A DNA stretch of 64,000 nucleotides. Origin: Candidatus Omnitrophota bacterium. Its GTDB lineage: Bacteria > Omnitrophota > Omnitrophia > Omnitrophales > JACQLI01. The notes under the pieces are model-generated. The model made no database searches, was not told the origin of the DNA, and saw nothing but the letters and a program-made list of their open reading frames with translations. The stretch's first letter is position 1. The number at the start of each line of letters is the position of its first letter. Location: the NCBI GenBank assembly GCA_016179745.1, contig JACPCP010000019.1:3190-67189 (forward strand), read 5' to 3'. A program made the position numbers and the translations under genes. Positions 15,578 through 24,307 of this stretch are shown here, piece by piece.

Positions 15578-18319
15578 TCAGGTCAGGGAATTTGCTAATT
15601 GAGGCTTGCTCACAACATCAAAAAGGTTCTTCGGATCATCCAGAACCTTAAACTCCCATTTCCCGAAGTTGCCGCTCGTGTTGACGGCGGCAATCCATTC
15701 TTTGGCGGCCTGCCATTTGGCCTTGTCTTGTTCCTTGGTCTGGCCTTTGATTTCGAGAATCAAATGACAATTGTCTTCAAATTTGATGATGTAATCCGGG
15801 TAATAGGTTTTGCTCTGCCCCTGCCAAAGATAAAAGATTTCAAAACCCAAATGGTCGTTCTTGGCCCATGAGACAAGACCGGGAATCCGATCCCGTTCAA
15901 ATTCAAGCCCGGCTTTCTCCCAGCCGCTGTCGATCACGATATGACTGATCTGGCTCTTTCTCACCGGCTGGGTCGGTTTGCTCGTATACCAGGTCATTGC
16001 GCTGGCCGTGCCGCGCTTCGGACGGACGGAATCGAGAACCGGAGTCGGTGCCTCTTTGCTCGAACTCCTGATAAAATATCCAATGTGGTTGATGATCTTT
16101 TGAACGTTAAGCGCGACGACGATTTTCCTTAATTTTTCCGTGCCGGAAAATTTCGGCACTTTGATATCCAGCTTATCCGAAACCAAAAATTCATCGACTA
16201 ACTGCATCAGCTGTCCTATCTGACTGCCGGCATCGCCTTCCCAGTTTTCACTAAATTGTTCCCGGAGACGGGCGGCCGCTTGAAGCTTCAAAGTCTGTAA
16301 TCGCTCGCTATCGGCCAGCCGGTCAAGATTCACTTCGCTGATTTGGTCGAATTTTGGCTTCCCGTCGATCACAGGAGCAACCTCAACAATCGTGGGGGCG
16401 TCCTCGGGTGAAAGTGTCAGTTTCTCAAGCTTACCCCAATCGAGATCAAGAAAATAATTGAGTTTATACTCAATCCGTAAAACATGCGGCCATCCAATCT
16501 CAAAATTTTTTCTTTCCGGAATAGGTGCTATTTTTGTCTTCGGCTTTTCAACGCGCGGGGGCCCCTCTTTTTGTTCCGCCGGCAAAAATGTGAACGGCAC
16601 ACCGAAAACCGTCACGTATTCGGGTTCATACAAACCCGTCTCTTCGTTGACATCATAGGAAATACGACGGAGGCCGCGTCCGATGACCTGTTCGCAAAGG
16701 AGCTGACTTGTAAACGCGCGCAGACCAAGGATGTGCGTAACGGTTCGCGCGTCCCAACCTTCAGATAGCATATTCACACCGATAACACACCGGATATCCT
16801 GCCCCGATCTGCCGACCTTGCCGACCGTGTTAAACTTCTCCCTTTCCTGTTCAACAAGTTCACGGCCCGTTTTCTCAAAGACCATTTTCTCCTCCTCGGC
16901 GGATTCAAGCTTATCAAGCGCGTCCTGATCGATCCTTATCAAACGATCGATATCGCCCAATTCCTCAATCGAAAGGTAACCCTGTGTCAATGAATGTTCG
17001 ACCCGTGCGGCCGTTTCAATGCGGTTGCAGATAATGATCATGACAGGCGGCGTTTCCCTCGGAGGATTTTGCTTTTCCCAGCTTTCTTTTTCTTTCAGCC
17101 AGTCTCCCCCCAAAATGTTCAGGGCATTTCTTACAAGATCAGGCAGGCCTTCGTGGGGCTGAGCCCTCCGGTTTAAATCCTCTTTCACGGAAGGATAAAT
17201 ATGAAAAAGCTTGGACTTAAGATCGGACCCGACTGCCGAATCGTCTCTCACTGCCACTTTGGGGGTTTTAACCAGTCCGCTTTCAATGGCATCGTTAAGC
17301 CCAAAATCGCTCACAACCCAAGTAAATAATTGTTCTTGCTGGTTCATCTTTCCCGTGGGTTTAAAAGGCGTAGCTGTAAGATCATAAGCCCGAAGAACAC
17401 CGCGTGCCTTATGAATCCGGTCGATACCGCTTATCCAGATAGTCGCTTTTTGCTTCTCGGTTTTCTCTTCGTCCTGATCGGGCCGGTGACAGTGATGGGC
17501 TTCATCATTGATCACCAAAATATTGGACGCATTGCCAAACTCGGACAAAACCCTTCGGGAGAAAGCTTCATCGCTTTCGGGGCCCTTCTTTACGACTTTC
17601 GGGCCGTAATTTTCATTGATAGGCGCAAGGGCGTGCCAGTTCTTAACCAGGATTTTCGCCTGTAAAAGCTCCTGCCACATTGCGGAATCGACTAAAACAA
17701 AACTCTGATAAAAATTTTCCCCATTTTCCGGCAGAAGAACCTGGAGCCGGTCGCGGACTGTCAAGCCCGGAGCGATGATAAGGATATTTTTTGAAAAGCG
17801 GGGATCCTTCGGGTTGGCAATTTTGTTGAGCGCCTGCCAAGCAATCAGCATGGCCATCACGACGGTTTTCCCAGTTCCTGTCGCAAGCTTAAGGCACTGC
17901 CGCTCCCATGCGCTTCCGTCGTTTCCGATCTCTATCCCTTGGCGCTCAGCAGCGCTTGCCTCGGTAAGCCAAATGGCCGTTTCGACCGCCTCCATCTGAC
18001 ACCAAAAGAGTCTTAGCACCCGCTGGCTCGGGTCTTGCCAGAATTGTAGAAGCTTTTTTGTCACGCCCGTGACATTCGGATAACCATTTTCTCGCCATTG
18101 TTTGACACGCGGGCGGATTTGATTGACCAATTCAATTTCAATGAATTCACCGGGATCGTCGAAATTATTCGCTGTCCGTGCCGTTGCACGCCAGTAACCC
18201 GACCTCCGGCGGCCCGGTTTTCTCTGAAATTCCTGAGTTTCGCGGATATAAAACCAGTGTTCCTTTGGCTCCCCATATGGGCTGTTGATGATTAATTGGT
18301 CAATGCCTTTTTGTCCCAT
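15578..18319 (-). CDS. res: type III restriction endonuclease, Res subunit (SF2 helicase + C-terminal PD-(D/E)XK)
   Basis: 913-aa ORF; ATGTGKT Walker A, VINDEAHHCH DEAH box, C-terminal PDYIIKF..LILEIKG nuclease motif; begins 4 nt after mod. Confidence 0.9.
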   Translation of the reverse strand: MGQKGIDQLIINSPYGEPKEHWFYIRETQEFQRKPGRRRSGYWRATARTANNFDDPGEFIEIELVNQIRPRVKQWRENGYPNVTGVTKKLLQFWQDPSQRVLRLFWCQMEAVETAIWLTEASAAERQGIEIGNDGSAWERQCLKLATGTGKTVVMAMLIAWQALNKIANPKDPRFSKNILIIAPGLTVRDRLQVLLPENGENFYQSFVLVDSAMWQELLQAKILVKNWHALAPINENYGPKVVKKGPESDEAFSRRVLSEFGNASNILVINDEAHHCHRPDQDEEKTEKQKATIWISGIDRIHKARGVLRAYDLTATPFKPTGKMNQQEQLFTWVVSDFGLNDAIESGLVKTPKVAVRDDSAVGSDLKSKLFHIYPSVKEDLNRRAQPHEGLPDLVRNALNILGGDWLKEKESWEKQNPPRETPPVMIIICNRIETAARVEHSLTQGYLSIEELGDIDRLIRIDQDALDKLESAEEEKMVFEKTGRELVEQEREKFNTVGKVGRSGQDIRCVIGVNMLSEGWDARTVTHILGLRAFTSQLLCEQVIGRGLRRISYDVNEETGLYEPEYVTVFGVPFTFLPAEQKEGPPRVEKPKTKIAPIPERKNFEIGWPHVLRIEYKLNYFLDLDWGKLEKLTLSPEDAPTIVEVAPVIDGKPKFDQISEVNLDRLADSERLQTLKLQAAARLREQFSENWEGDAGSQIGQLMQLVDEFLVSDKLDIKVPKFSGTEKLRKIVVALNVQKIINHIGYFIRSSSKEAPTPVLDSVRPKRGTASAMTWYTSKPTQPVRKSQISHIVIDSGWEKAGLEFERDRIPGLVSWAKNDHLGFEIFYLWQGQSKTYYPDYIIKFEDNCHLILEIKGQTKEQDKAKWQAAKEWIAAVNTSGNFGKWEFKVLDDPKNLFDVVSKPQLANSLT

Positions 18320-18322
18320 GTC

Positions 18323-20842
18323 TTACTCCAGTTTCTTAATCACAAACGATTCGATGCCGCGGTTGTCAATGATTTTGACCGCGATCTTTTTGTTTTCGCC
18401 GGCATTGAAGGGCAGGGACTCAACGCCTGTAAATTTCTCAAGGAGATCTTCGTTCACTTCGCCGTTCAGCGCTTTGGCAAGGCGGGTCCAATCACGTTTG
18501 TGATCGCTTTCAGGAAAGAATACCTGACCCGGATAAAGACTTCGCTCGTCATAATCCGTATCAAGAAACCACATGGCAATGTGCTTGGTACCTTTTGATT
18601 CAATTTCACCGCTCACCGGATTGTAATAGTCAAATCCGTGAACCTCGACTTTATATTTGCCGTCCTTCTGTTTGATCACTGCCACGTCCGGCTGGCCGAT
18701 CAGCCAATAGCTCTGACTTGAGGATCGCTTTTTGCGAAGGTCTTTGGTAAGAAGATCCACGCTCATTTGCGCCTTCAGTATTTTCACGCCGGGCCAGTTG
18801 ATCTCGTCGATATCCTTTGCCGCTTCCGGGTCAAAATGAAAAGCCGCAAAGATGACAAAATCCGGCTTTTCTTTTAAGCTCCGCGCTTCTTTGAGTCCCT
18901 CTTCCACCTGTCTCTGCTCTATGGGCCCGTAATCAGGGCCGAAGCTGATATAAGCGCGCTTCGTCGTATGGTCTGATTCGAGAATTTCTCCCTCGGCGTG
19001 GAGAAAACGGGTTGCGGCCATCGGTTCGATTCTTGAAAAGTTCACGATCTTCCCGCCGACGGCTCGAATCCCTGTTGCTTTGAGTTCATCACACCACTCC
19101 GCCTGTTTGCCGGTTTCATCCGTGCGGGCCAAATCTTCACTTTTTGCTTTAACCTTCGGCTCCTTGCCGTCAAACGGCCTGACACGCAGGGAAGGCACAG
19201 CTTCGACGGTAAAAGGCCCGGTTACTCTGATTTTATTTTTTTCTACGAAAGGTTGATCGTAGAGGATTTCTTCTTTCGGCGGTTCGTTGTTGGCAATAGC
19301 GCCAAGAGTGATGTGCGGAACGGTTTTATATTTGAAGCCGCTTTTTACACCTTCGTTCGGATATGCGAGTTCAAAGTAATCGAACTTGGCGGTCATCAGT
19401 CTTTGTTTCGCAAGCGTGATTGCAACACGCGACGTGTCACAGGTAATCCAGCGCCGTCCCCATTGCTCGGCGACAAAAGCCGTGGTGCCTGAGCCACAAG
19501 TCGGGTCAAGAACAAGATCACCGGGGTCAGTGGTCATTAAAATGCATCGTTGAATAACTTTTGGATTTGTCTGCACAACGTAAATCATTTCTGGAGTAAC
19601 AGCCGCATCATCCCATACATTAGTTAATTCAAATACAGGAAATTCGTCGAGATACTTTACCAACATCAATCTTGCTCCGGTTGAAACAAGTCTATTTTTT
19701 GAAACTAAACCACGCAATTTGTCAGGATTCCAACTTCTATTCGCGGGAGGCAAATATCGCTTGCCTTCAAACTCGAAAAGTTCGCGGTTACCTCCGGTTC
19801 CTTGCGACGTTACGTCAACTAATTGATAAAGACGTGCCCCTTCCGGAATCAAAGAAGAATTTTGTTTCTCTTCTTTGCTTAAAGGTCTTCTTGTTCCATT
19901 TGGTAGTTCTAGTTGATCATACCTTCTTGCTGGACTGAACTCGTTACCAACGATTTTGTCTACAAATAATTTCCTAAATTTTAGTTTACCTAAACACTTT
20001 CCATACCAGATTAAATAATCACTGACATTTTGAAGTAAGTTTCCGGGCCGAGCCCCAGTTTTTTGAAAAGTAACAACGCCGACAAAATTATCTTGGCCAA
20101 ATGTTTCATCCATCAACGATCTAACAAGATTCAAATTTTCATCTGAAATCTGCACAAAACAGCTCCCACTTTCATGCAAAAGCTCTTTGGTCAGAAGAAG
20201 CCTATCTCGTAAAGATGTGAGATAACTATGTATCCCTAACTCCCATGTATCACGAAACGCTTGAATCATTTCGGGCTCGGCGGGAATGTCGGCATCGTTG
20301 CCGTCCTTGACGTCTCGTTTGTTCACAAATGGCTGAAAGTTTGAGTTGTATTTGATCCCGTAGGGCGGGTCGATATAGATCATCTGCACTTTACCGGCCA
20401 TGCCTTCTTTGTGAAGAAGGGAATTCATGACCAAGAGCGAATCACCGGCAATGAGGCGGTTCGTCCAGTCCTGCTCATGCCGGTAAAAATCAATGGCCTT
20501 GTTTAACGGCGGATCGTTCGCGGGATCTTCAAAAAGAAGAAGCTGCTCCGATTTCTTTTCTTTCGGTTTGAGGAATGCCTTGACCATTCTCTGCGGCTCA
20601 ATTCTTTCGTGGATATGAAGACTGACATTCTGAACCTCAAAGCTCATCCCTTCGGCTTTGCCCGCCCAGCTTAGATAAGGATCAATGTACGGGTCGTGTT
20701 GATACTTCGTTCGGCCGTCCAGTTTATCCGTCGCGCTCGAGACAAGTCCGACATGCGGATTGTTCTTCCGCTTTTTCCCTTTATGGGAATACGTTTCGAC
20801 GGCAACATCTTTCTTCTTGCGGGCGGTTCTTAATTTTGGCAT
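18323..20842 (-). CDS. mod: type III DNA methyltransferase, Mod subunit (beta-class N6A/N4C)
   Basis: 839-aa ORF; motif IV IYIDPPYG (about aa 155-162) precedes motif I DPTCGSGTT (about aa 446-454), with a variable AT-rich segment between them, as in type III Mod proteins. Confidence 0.9.
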   Translation of the reverse strand: MPKLRTARKKKDVAVETYSHKGKKRKNNPHVGLVSSATDKLDGRTKYQHDPYIDPYLSWAGKAEGMSFEVQNVSLHIHERIEPQRMVKAFLKPKEKKSEQLLLFEDPANDPPLNKAIDFYRHEQDWTNRLIAGDSLLVMNSLLHKEGMAGKVQMIYIDPPYGIKYNSNFQPFVNKRDVKDGNDADIPAEPEMIQAFRDTWELGIHSYLTSLRDRLLLTKELLHESGSCFVQISDENLNLVRSLMDETFGQDNFVGVVTFQKTGARPGNLLQNVSDYLIWYGKCLGKLKFRKLFVDKIVGNEFSPARRYDQLELPNGTRRPLSKEEKQNSSLIPEGARLYQLVDVTSQGTGGNRELFEFEGKRYLPPANRSWNPDKLRGLVSKNRLVSTGARLMLVKYLDEFPVFELTNVWDDAAVTPEMIYVVQTNPKVIQRCILMTTDPGDLVLDPTCGSGTTAFVAEQWGRRWITCDTSRVAITLAKQRLMTAKFDYFELAYPNEGVKSGFKYKTVPHITLGAIANNEPPKEEILYDQPFVEKNKIRVTGPFTVEAVPSLRVRPFDGKEPKVKAKSEDLARTDETGKQAEWCDELKATGIRAVGGKIVNFSRIEPMAATRFLHAEGEILESDHTTKRAYISFGPDYGPIEQRQVEEGLKEARSLKEKPDFVIFAAFHFDPEAAKDIDEINWPGVKILKAQMSVDLLTKDLRKKRSSSQSYWLIGQPDVAVIKQKDGKYKVEVHGFDYYNPVSGEIESKGTKHIAMWFLDTDYDERSLYPGQVFFPESDHKRDWTRLAKALNGEVNEDLLEKFTGVESLPFNAGENKKIAVKIIDNRGIESFVIKKLE

Positions 20843-20867
20843 AGAAATCCAATCGTTCTTAACGTGA

Positions 20868-21119
20868 TTAGAGAAAGTAACCTGTTAATGTACCGGTAGA
20901 GGTTGTGCTTGTGCCCACCATGATGGCCCTTTCACCGCTACCCGGATTAGAAGGGCGATGATCTTCCTGGTGGGTATGTTTTGACAAGTGCCCAATGTGA
21001 TCATGGCAATTACCACAGAAGGCGTAATAGACACTCGGCCCTATCTCAGCGCTAAAAAACAATATCGCCACCCCACAGCAGACGCATTTTAGAAATGATG
21101 AAGACTTATAAGAATCCAT
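20868..21119 (-). CDS. hypothetical small Cys/His-rich protein upstream of mod
   Basis: 83-aa ORF ending 25 nt before the mod start, on the same strand. Contains CVCCG..CGNCHDHIGHLSKHTHQEDH. No family recognised, so coding status is uncertain. Confidence 0.3.
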   Translation of the reverse strand: MDSYKSSSFLKCVCCGVAILFFSAEIGPSVYYAFCGNCHDHIGHLSKHTHQEDHRPSNPGSGERAIMVGTSTTSTGTLTGYFL

Positions 21120-21189
21120 GTGCTTTACTCCTTTAAAATTTTCCGCGCGTCATTTCACAAATTACCAGCAGCCTCAATGCTCTGGATAA

Positions 21190-21219
21190 AAAATTGCTTT
21201 GATTTTACCGCAGAATCAG
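21190..21219. repeat. 30-bp exact direct repeat, copy 1 (AAAATTGCTTTGATTTTACCGCAGAATCAG)
   Basis: Identical 30-mer found again at 24529-24558. This copy lies in the intergenic region upstream (minus sense) of the small-ORF/mod/res operon. The minus-strand read contains GGTAAAATC (a -10-like TAAAAT). Confidence 0.7.
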
Positions 21220-21305
21220 CCGCTTTTCAGCTTGAATCTGCCAAATTTTCCAGCGGTACATAAGAACAACGGAACGGCGCCCCGGAGGAGGGGCTGGGCT
21301 CCTAT

Positions 21306-22343
21306 TCAAATCCGCACGGCGAGGGCGGCCTTGAGAAGTTCGTTTGTGAGGAATTTTTCGCCGGAGCCGGAGGAGTAGAAGATATCGGCGAGGTAGCGGT
21401 CGTATTTGTCGGAGCGGGTGCTCGAGATCGTAACGTAGGGGACGCCGGCGAGTTCGGATTCGACAAATTTCTTCGCGCGCTTCCCCGCGGGGGTATCGAG
21501 CTCCGGCGCATCGATCCCGCGCAGCCGGAGGTATTGGCGGGTCGAGCAGCCGAAACCGAGGTCGACCTCGGCAATGACGGTGTCGCCGTCAACCGCCCTT
21601 TCAATGAAGGCATAATAGGTGAAAAGGTCGGCCTCGATTTTTCCCGACGCCCGTTTCAGGCGGTAAGTGTCGCCTTCCACCCATTCGGAAACCACAATCT
21701 CGCCCGCCCGGAGGCCTTCCGCCCCCTTCATCGCGGCGTCCTTCCGGCTGGAAAATCCCAAATCGATCTTGAGGCCGGCCTTTCCGGGATGAATTTTTTC
21801 GGGGCGGGCCAGGCGGTAAGTGTAGGGGACGCCTTTCCGGGGCTGGAGGAGGGCGCGGTCTCCGGGAGGGAAGGTCCGGCCTTTTGATTTCCCGTCTTCT
21901 TCCCGGGCCTCTGTTTTGATTTTTTCAATCAGGCGGCCGGTGGTCCAATCCCCCTCTTCGGCACGGCGGGCCAGCTCAAAACGCTGTTTGTCGTCGGAAA
22001 CCGCAATCAGTTCGCGGTAGTGGGTCCACCTCAAATTTCTCCGCGCGGAGAAATTTGGGAAAGACTCGGCGAACCGCATGGTCCGGTAAAGGACCTTCTC
22101 CCCGATTTCAAGGTCGCGCGAAAGCCGGAGCACCACTTGTCTGCCGTATTCCGCATCTTTTTTGCCGGGGTAAGCGCGCCGGAGGTGGCGGTTGATGAGG
22201 TCCCCGGTGCGCCAGTAGCTGAGCACCTTCTCCCGTTCAATCCGCTGCTGGGCAAGGAGGAGGGTCTTTTTGACGGCTTCCCGGAGGCGGGTGTAGCCGC
22301 CCATCAGGGCGCTTCGAGTTGGGGTCAATGCGGTAGTTGTCAT
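21306..22343 (-). CDS. DUF1016 N-terminal domain fused to a staphylococcal-nuclease (SNase/thermonuclease)-like domain
   Basis: The N-terminal ~150 aa resemble the YhcG/DUF1016 N-domain (..VLSYWRTGDLI...AEYGRQVVLRLSRDL....LRWTHYRELI..DD..R..LARRAEEGDWT...L). The C-terminus has SNase hallmarks (VDGDTVIAEVD...LRLRGIDAPE...GKRAKKFV...DKYDRYLADIF). Confidence 0.75.
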   Translation of the reverse strand: MTTTALTPTRSALMGGYTRLREAVKKTLLLAQQRIEREKVLSYWRTGDLINRHLRRAYPGKKDAEYGRQVVLRLSRDLEIGEKVLYRTMRFAESFPNFSARRNLRWTHYRELIAVSDDKQRFELARRAEEGDWTTGRLIEKIKTEAREEDGKSKGRTFPPGDRALLQPRKGVPYTYRLARPEKIHPGKAGLKIDLGFSSRKDAAMKGAEGLRAGEIVVSEWVEGDTYRLKRASGKIEADLFTYYAFIERAVDGDTVIAEVDLGFGCSTRQYLRLRGIDAPELDTPAGKRAKKFVESELAGVPYVTISSTRSDKYDRYLADIFYSSGSGEKFLTNELLKAALAVRI

Positions 22344-22424
22344 AACGGCCGGAATCAGGCCGTTATTCTACTTCAATCGCAGGCCAAAAACATCCCAAGA
22401 AATAGGAACCCCTATCAGGAGGTT

Positions 22425-22748
22425 TCACCCTTTGAAGGAAACTTCGATCTCCTGGGCAACCTTTCGAGGCAGGAGGGTGGCTTTGATCTTCATGGTGTAA
22501 CCGATGTGGAGCAGAATCTTCTCGAGGGTGGTCACACTGGAAAATTCGCCGCTCTCGACTTTTGAAATATGCTGCTGAGTGACTCCGGCTCTCTTCGCGA
22601 GCTGGTTTTGGCTGAACTTGTGCTTGATCCGGTATTCGATGATCTTCTTTACGATCGCAAGCTTCTGCTCTTCCAGCTCGTAAAGCTCCCTGAAATACGG
22701 GTCCTTCAGCTCTTTTTTGAGATGGTCTTCAACCCGTTCTGTTCCCAT
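22425..22748 (-). CDS. higA: XRE-family HTH antitoxin (HigA-like)
   Basis: 107-aa ORF; HTH FSQNQLAKRAGVTQQHISKVESGE; follows the toxin gene by 13 nt. Confidence 0.75.
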   Translation of the reverse strand: MGTERVEDHLKKELKDPYFRELYELEEQKLAIVKKIIEYRIKHKFSQNQLAKRAGVTQQHISKVESGEFSSVTTLEKILLHIGYTMKIKATLLPRKVAQEIEVSFKG

Positions 22749-22761
22749 TTTATTCTTTTCC

Positions 22762-23109
22762 TTATTTCATTCCTTCGTCGTACAGTTTCCGTCTCTGAAC
22801 CGCCGTTTCAATTTCGGTCTTCGGGGTCTTATTCTTTTTCTTGATAAATCCGTTCGTCAAAACCGCCTTACCCCGATCAAAAAAGTATAAAACCCGAATC
22901 GCCCCTTCTCTTCCTGAAAACCTCAATTCAAAGACCCCTTCCCCGAGACGCTTTGCATGGGGCATTGGAAGCCGGTGTCCGAATTCCTCCAGCAGCCTCC
23001 GGACATAGAAGAATTTCAACCGGGTCCTCATGTCTAAAGAATCGATAAACTCTTCCACTGGGAGCCGGCCGGAGCCGGTCGAAAAATAATGGCAGACGAC
23101 GCCCGTCAT
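22762..23109 (-). CDS. higB: RelE/ParE-superfamily toxin (HigB / phage Gp49-like, DUF891)
   Basis: 115-aa ORF; ..VEEFIDSLD...R.K......LEEFG...P.PHAKRL.EGVFELRF....AIRVLYFF..GKAVLTNGFIKK..KTP.. pattern of Gp49-like toxins; toxin-first order typical of higBA. Confidence 0.75.
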   Translation of the reverse strand: MTGVVCHYFSTGSGRLPVEEFIDSLDMRTRLKFFYVRRLLEEFGHRLPMPHAKRLGEGVFELRFSGREGAIRVLYFFDRGKAVLTNGFIKKKNKTPKTEIETAVQRRKLYDEGMK

Positions 23110-23261
23110 GGAAATCTCTCCTTCTTGGGATGAAATAAAATGAAGCTTGAATTAGGTTCATTTCGATGGACCTCCTGCCAAAGGATACAACCAATCAGTT
23201 GTAATTTCAAGGGGTCTCTTCCAGTCCTAGCTGCGGCAATGATTGCCACAAAACCCTCCTT

Positions 23262-23391
23262 TTTGGTTCGGAGGGCAAGGCGGGATCTTCCGGCTTTTAT
23301 GCACCCGGCACCGATGTGCCGAGTACCGTCACGCAAGGACCAAGGAAGTCCTTGCGTTCCGGCAGGACGATGAAATCGCCCGCAACCCTGA
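23262..23391. repeat. structured intergenic repeat, copy A
   Basis: Shares a 77-bp identical core (23287-23363) with copy B (24335-24411): CTTCCGGCTTTTATGCACCCGGCACCGATGTGCCGAGTACCGTCACGCAAGGACCAAGGAAGTCCTTGCGTTCCGGC. The core contains hairpins GGCAC-cgat-GTGCC and ACGCAAGGAC-caaggaa-GTCCTTGCGT. The flanks are similar but have indels. Confidence 0.8.
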
Positions 23392-23396
23392 AGCGG

Positions 23397-23657
23397 TTAA
23401 AATTTTACCAAAGACCGGCGTTTTCTTCGAGATGAAAGGCTAACGGGAATAAAATTTATCGTCCCCCAAAGGCCGCAACGGGGACAGACGGTGGGAACAG
23501 GGTTCCTTTGCAACTGCTCATATCGATTCTTCATCCATTGAGGTGCGTAGGAAATCATGTCTGCCTGTTCCGACATCGTTCCCACACTGTAAGTGTATCG
23601 AGGCCAGAATTGAAATTCGAGCCCCCGGTATCGGCACTTCCGGCAGCGGTAGAACAT
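23397..23657 (-). CDS. hypothetical zinc-ribbon protein (third gene of the brnTA-like operon)
   Basis: The ORF is open to 23678, but the likely start is MFYRCRKCRY.. at 23657, 4 nt after the brnA stop. Two CxxC pairs (CRKC ... CPRC). No family recognised. Confidence 0.45.
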   Translation of the reverse strand: MFYRCRKCRYRGLEFQFWPRYTYSVGTMSEQADMISYAPQWMKNRYEQLQRNPVPTVCPRCGLWGTINFIPVSLSSRRKRRSLVKF

Positions 23658-23661
23658 CGAT

Positions 23662-23916
23662 TCAGGCCTGGGCGGCACGGTGAAGAAGCTCGGAGATAAA
23701 GGTCTGATATTTCACCCCGAGCTTTCCTGCCTTCTCTTTCAGGTTTTCGAGGTCCCCGCTGTTGACCCGGATATTGAGCACGGCATCTTTTCGGCGGGCT
23801 TGAATCGCCTCGGCGATCTCTTTGAACCGCTCCGGGCCTGAGTCAACATATTCTCCCCTCATGGCCGCTTCTTCGATTTCTCTTTCCATTCTTGTAAGCT
23901 TGATTCGTCTTTTCAT
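23662..23916 (-). CDS. brnA: BrnA-like (COG3514, RHH/CopG-type) antitoxin
   Basis: 84-aa ORF; C-terminal ..LNIRVNSGDLENLKEKAGKLGVKYQTFISELLHRAA resembles the BrnA RHH module; overlaps the brnT stop by 4 nt. Confidence 0.7.
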   Translation of the reverse strand: MKRRIKLTRMEREIEEAAMRGEYVDSGPERFKEIAEAIQARRKDAVLNIRVNSGDLENLKEKAGKLGVKYQTFISELLHRAAQA

Positions 23917-24170
23917 AGTTCACCTCGCTCGTATTTCTTTGTGTAATGCCTGCTGGGGTAAGCCGTCTTTAAGAATATCTCGCCCTCTCTCTCCACGAAC
24001 GGGACAACCCAGATATAACCCCTGCGTTCGAACAACATCAATTCTTGTCCGCTCCTTTTTGGGTGTTCCGTCGTCTTGACCAGCCGTTCTCCGAGGATCT
24101 CTTCAAAGGAAACCCCCCTCACCTTCTTGAGCCTCTGATTCTTGAGGGGGTCCCACCGGAGGGCCCTCAT
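23913..24170 (-). CDS. brnT: BrnT-like (DUF497) toxin
   Basis: 85-aa ORF; N-terminal LRWDPLKNQRLKKVRGVSFEE and C-terminal ..IFLKTAYPSRHYTKKY resemble BrnT/DUF497. Confidence 0.7.
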   Translation of the reverse strand: MRALRWDPLKNQRLKKVRGVSFEEILGERLVKTTEHPKRSGQELMLFERRGYIWVVPFVEREGEIFLKTAYPSRHYTKKYERGEL

Positions 24171-24198
24171 AAGACACCCCGATCATAACACAGCACGA

Positions 24199-24210
24199 TT
24201 GTATATACAA
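24199..24210. promoter_or_regulatory. perfect 12-bp palindrome TTGTATATACAA in a putative brnTA promoter
   Basis: Minus-strand read: TTGTATATACAA-tcgtgctgtgt-TATGAT-11 nt-ATG(brnT). The palindrome overlaps a weak -35, and TATGAT is -10-like. The implied leader is very short. Confidence 0.3.
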
Positions 24211-24307
24211 GTGTGAGCACTTGGAAAGACTTCCGGACGGACATAACAATACCCTCCCGACGTTTTTTGTCGTCCCAGGAGGCCCAAAGGGCCGACGTGG
24301 GATTTCA

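Noticed and set aside
23140-23443. Small ORFs on both strands across the structured repeats (23140-23373, 23243-23443, 23106-23336, and their counterparts at 24103-24479)
   Set aside because: Several frames on both strands are open simultaneously across the same identical 77-bp core. The peptides have no recognisable features and differ outside the core. This is better explained as a non-coding repeat.
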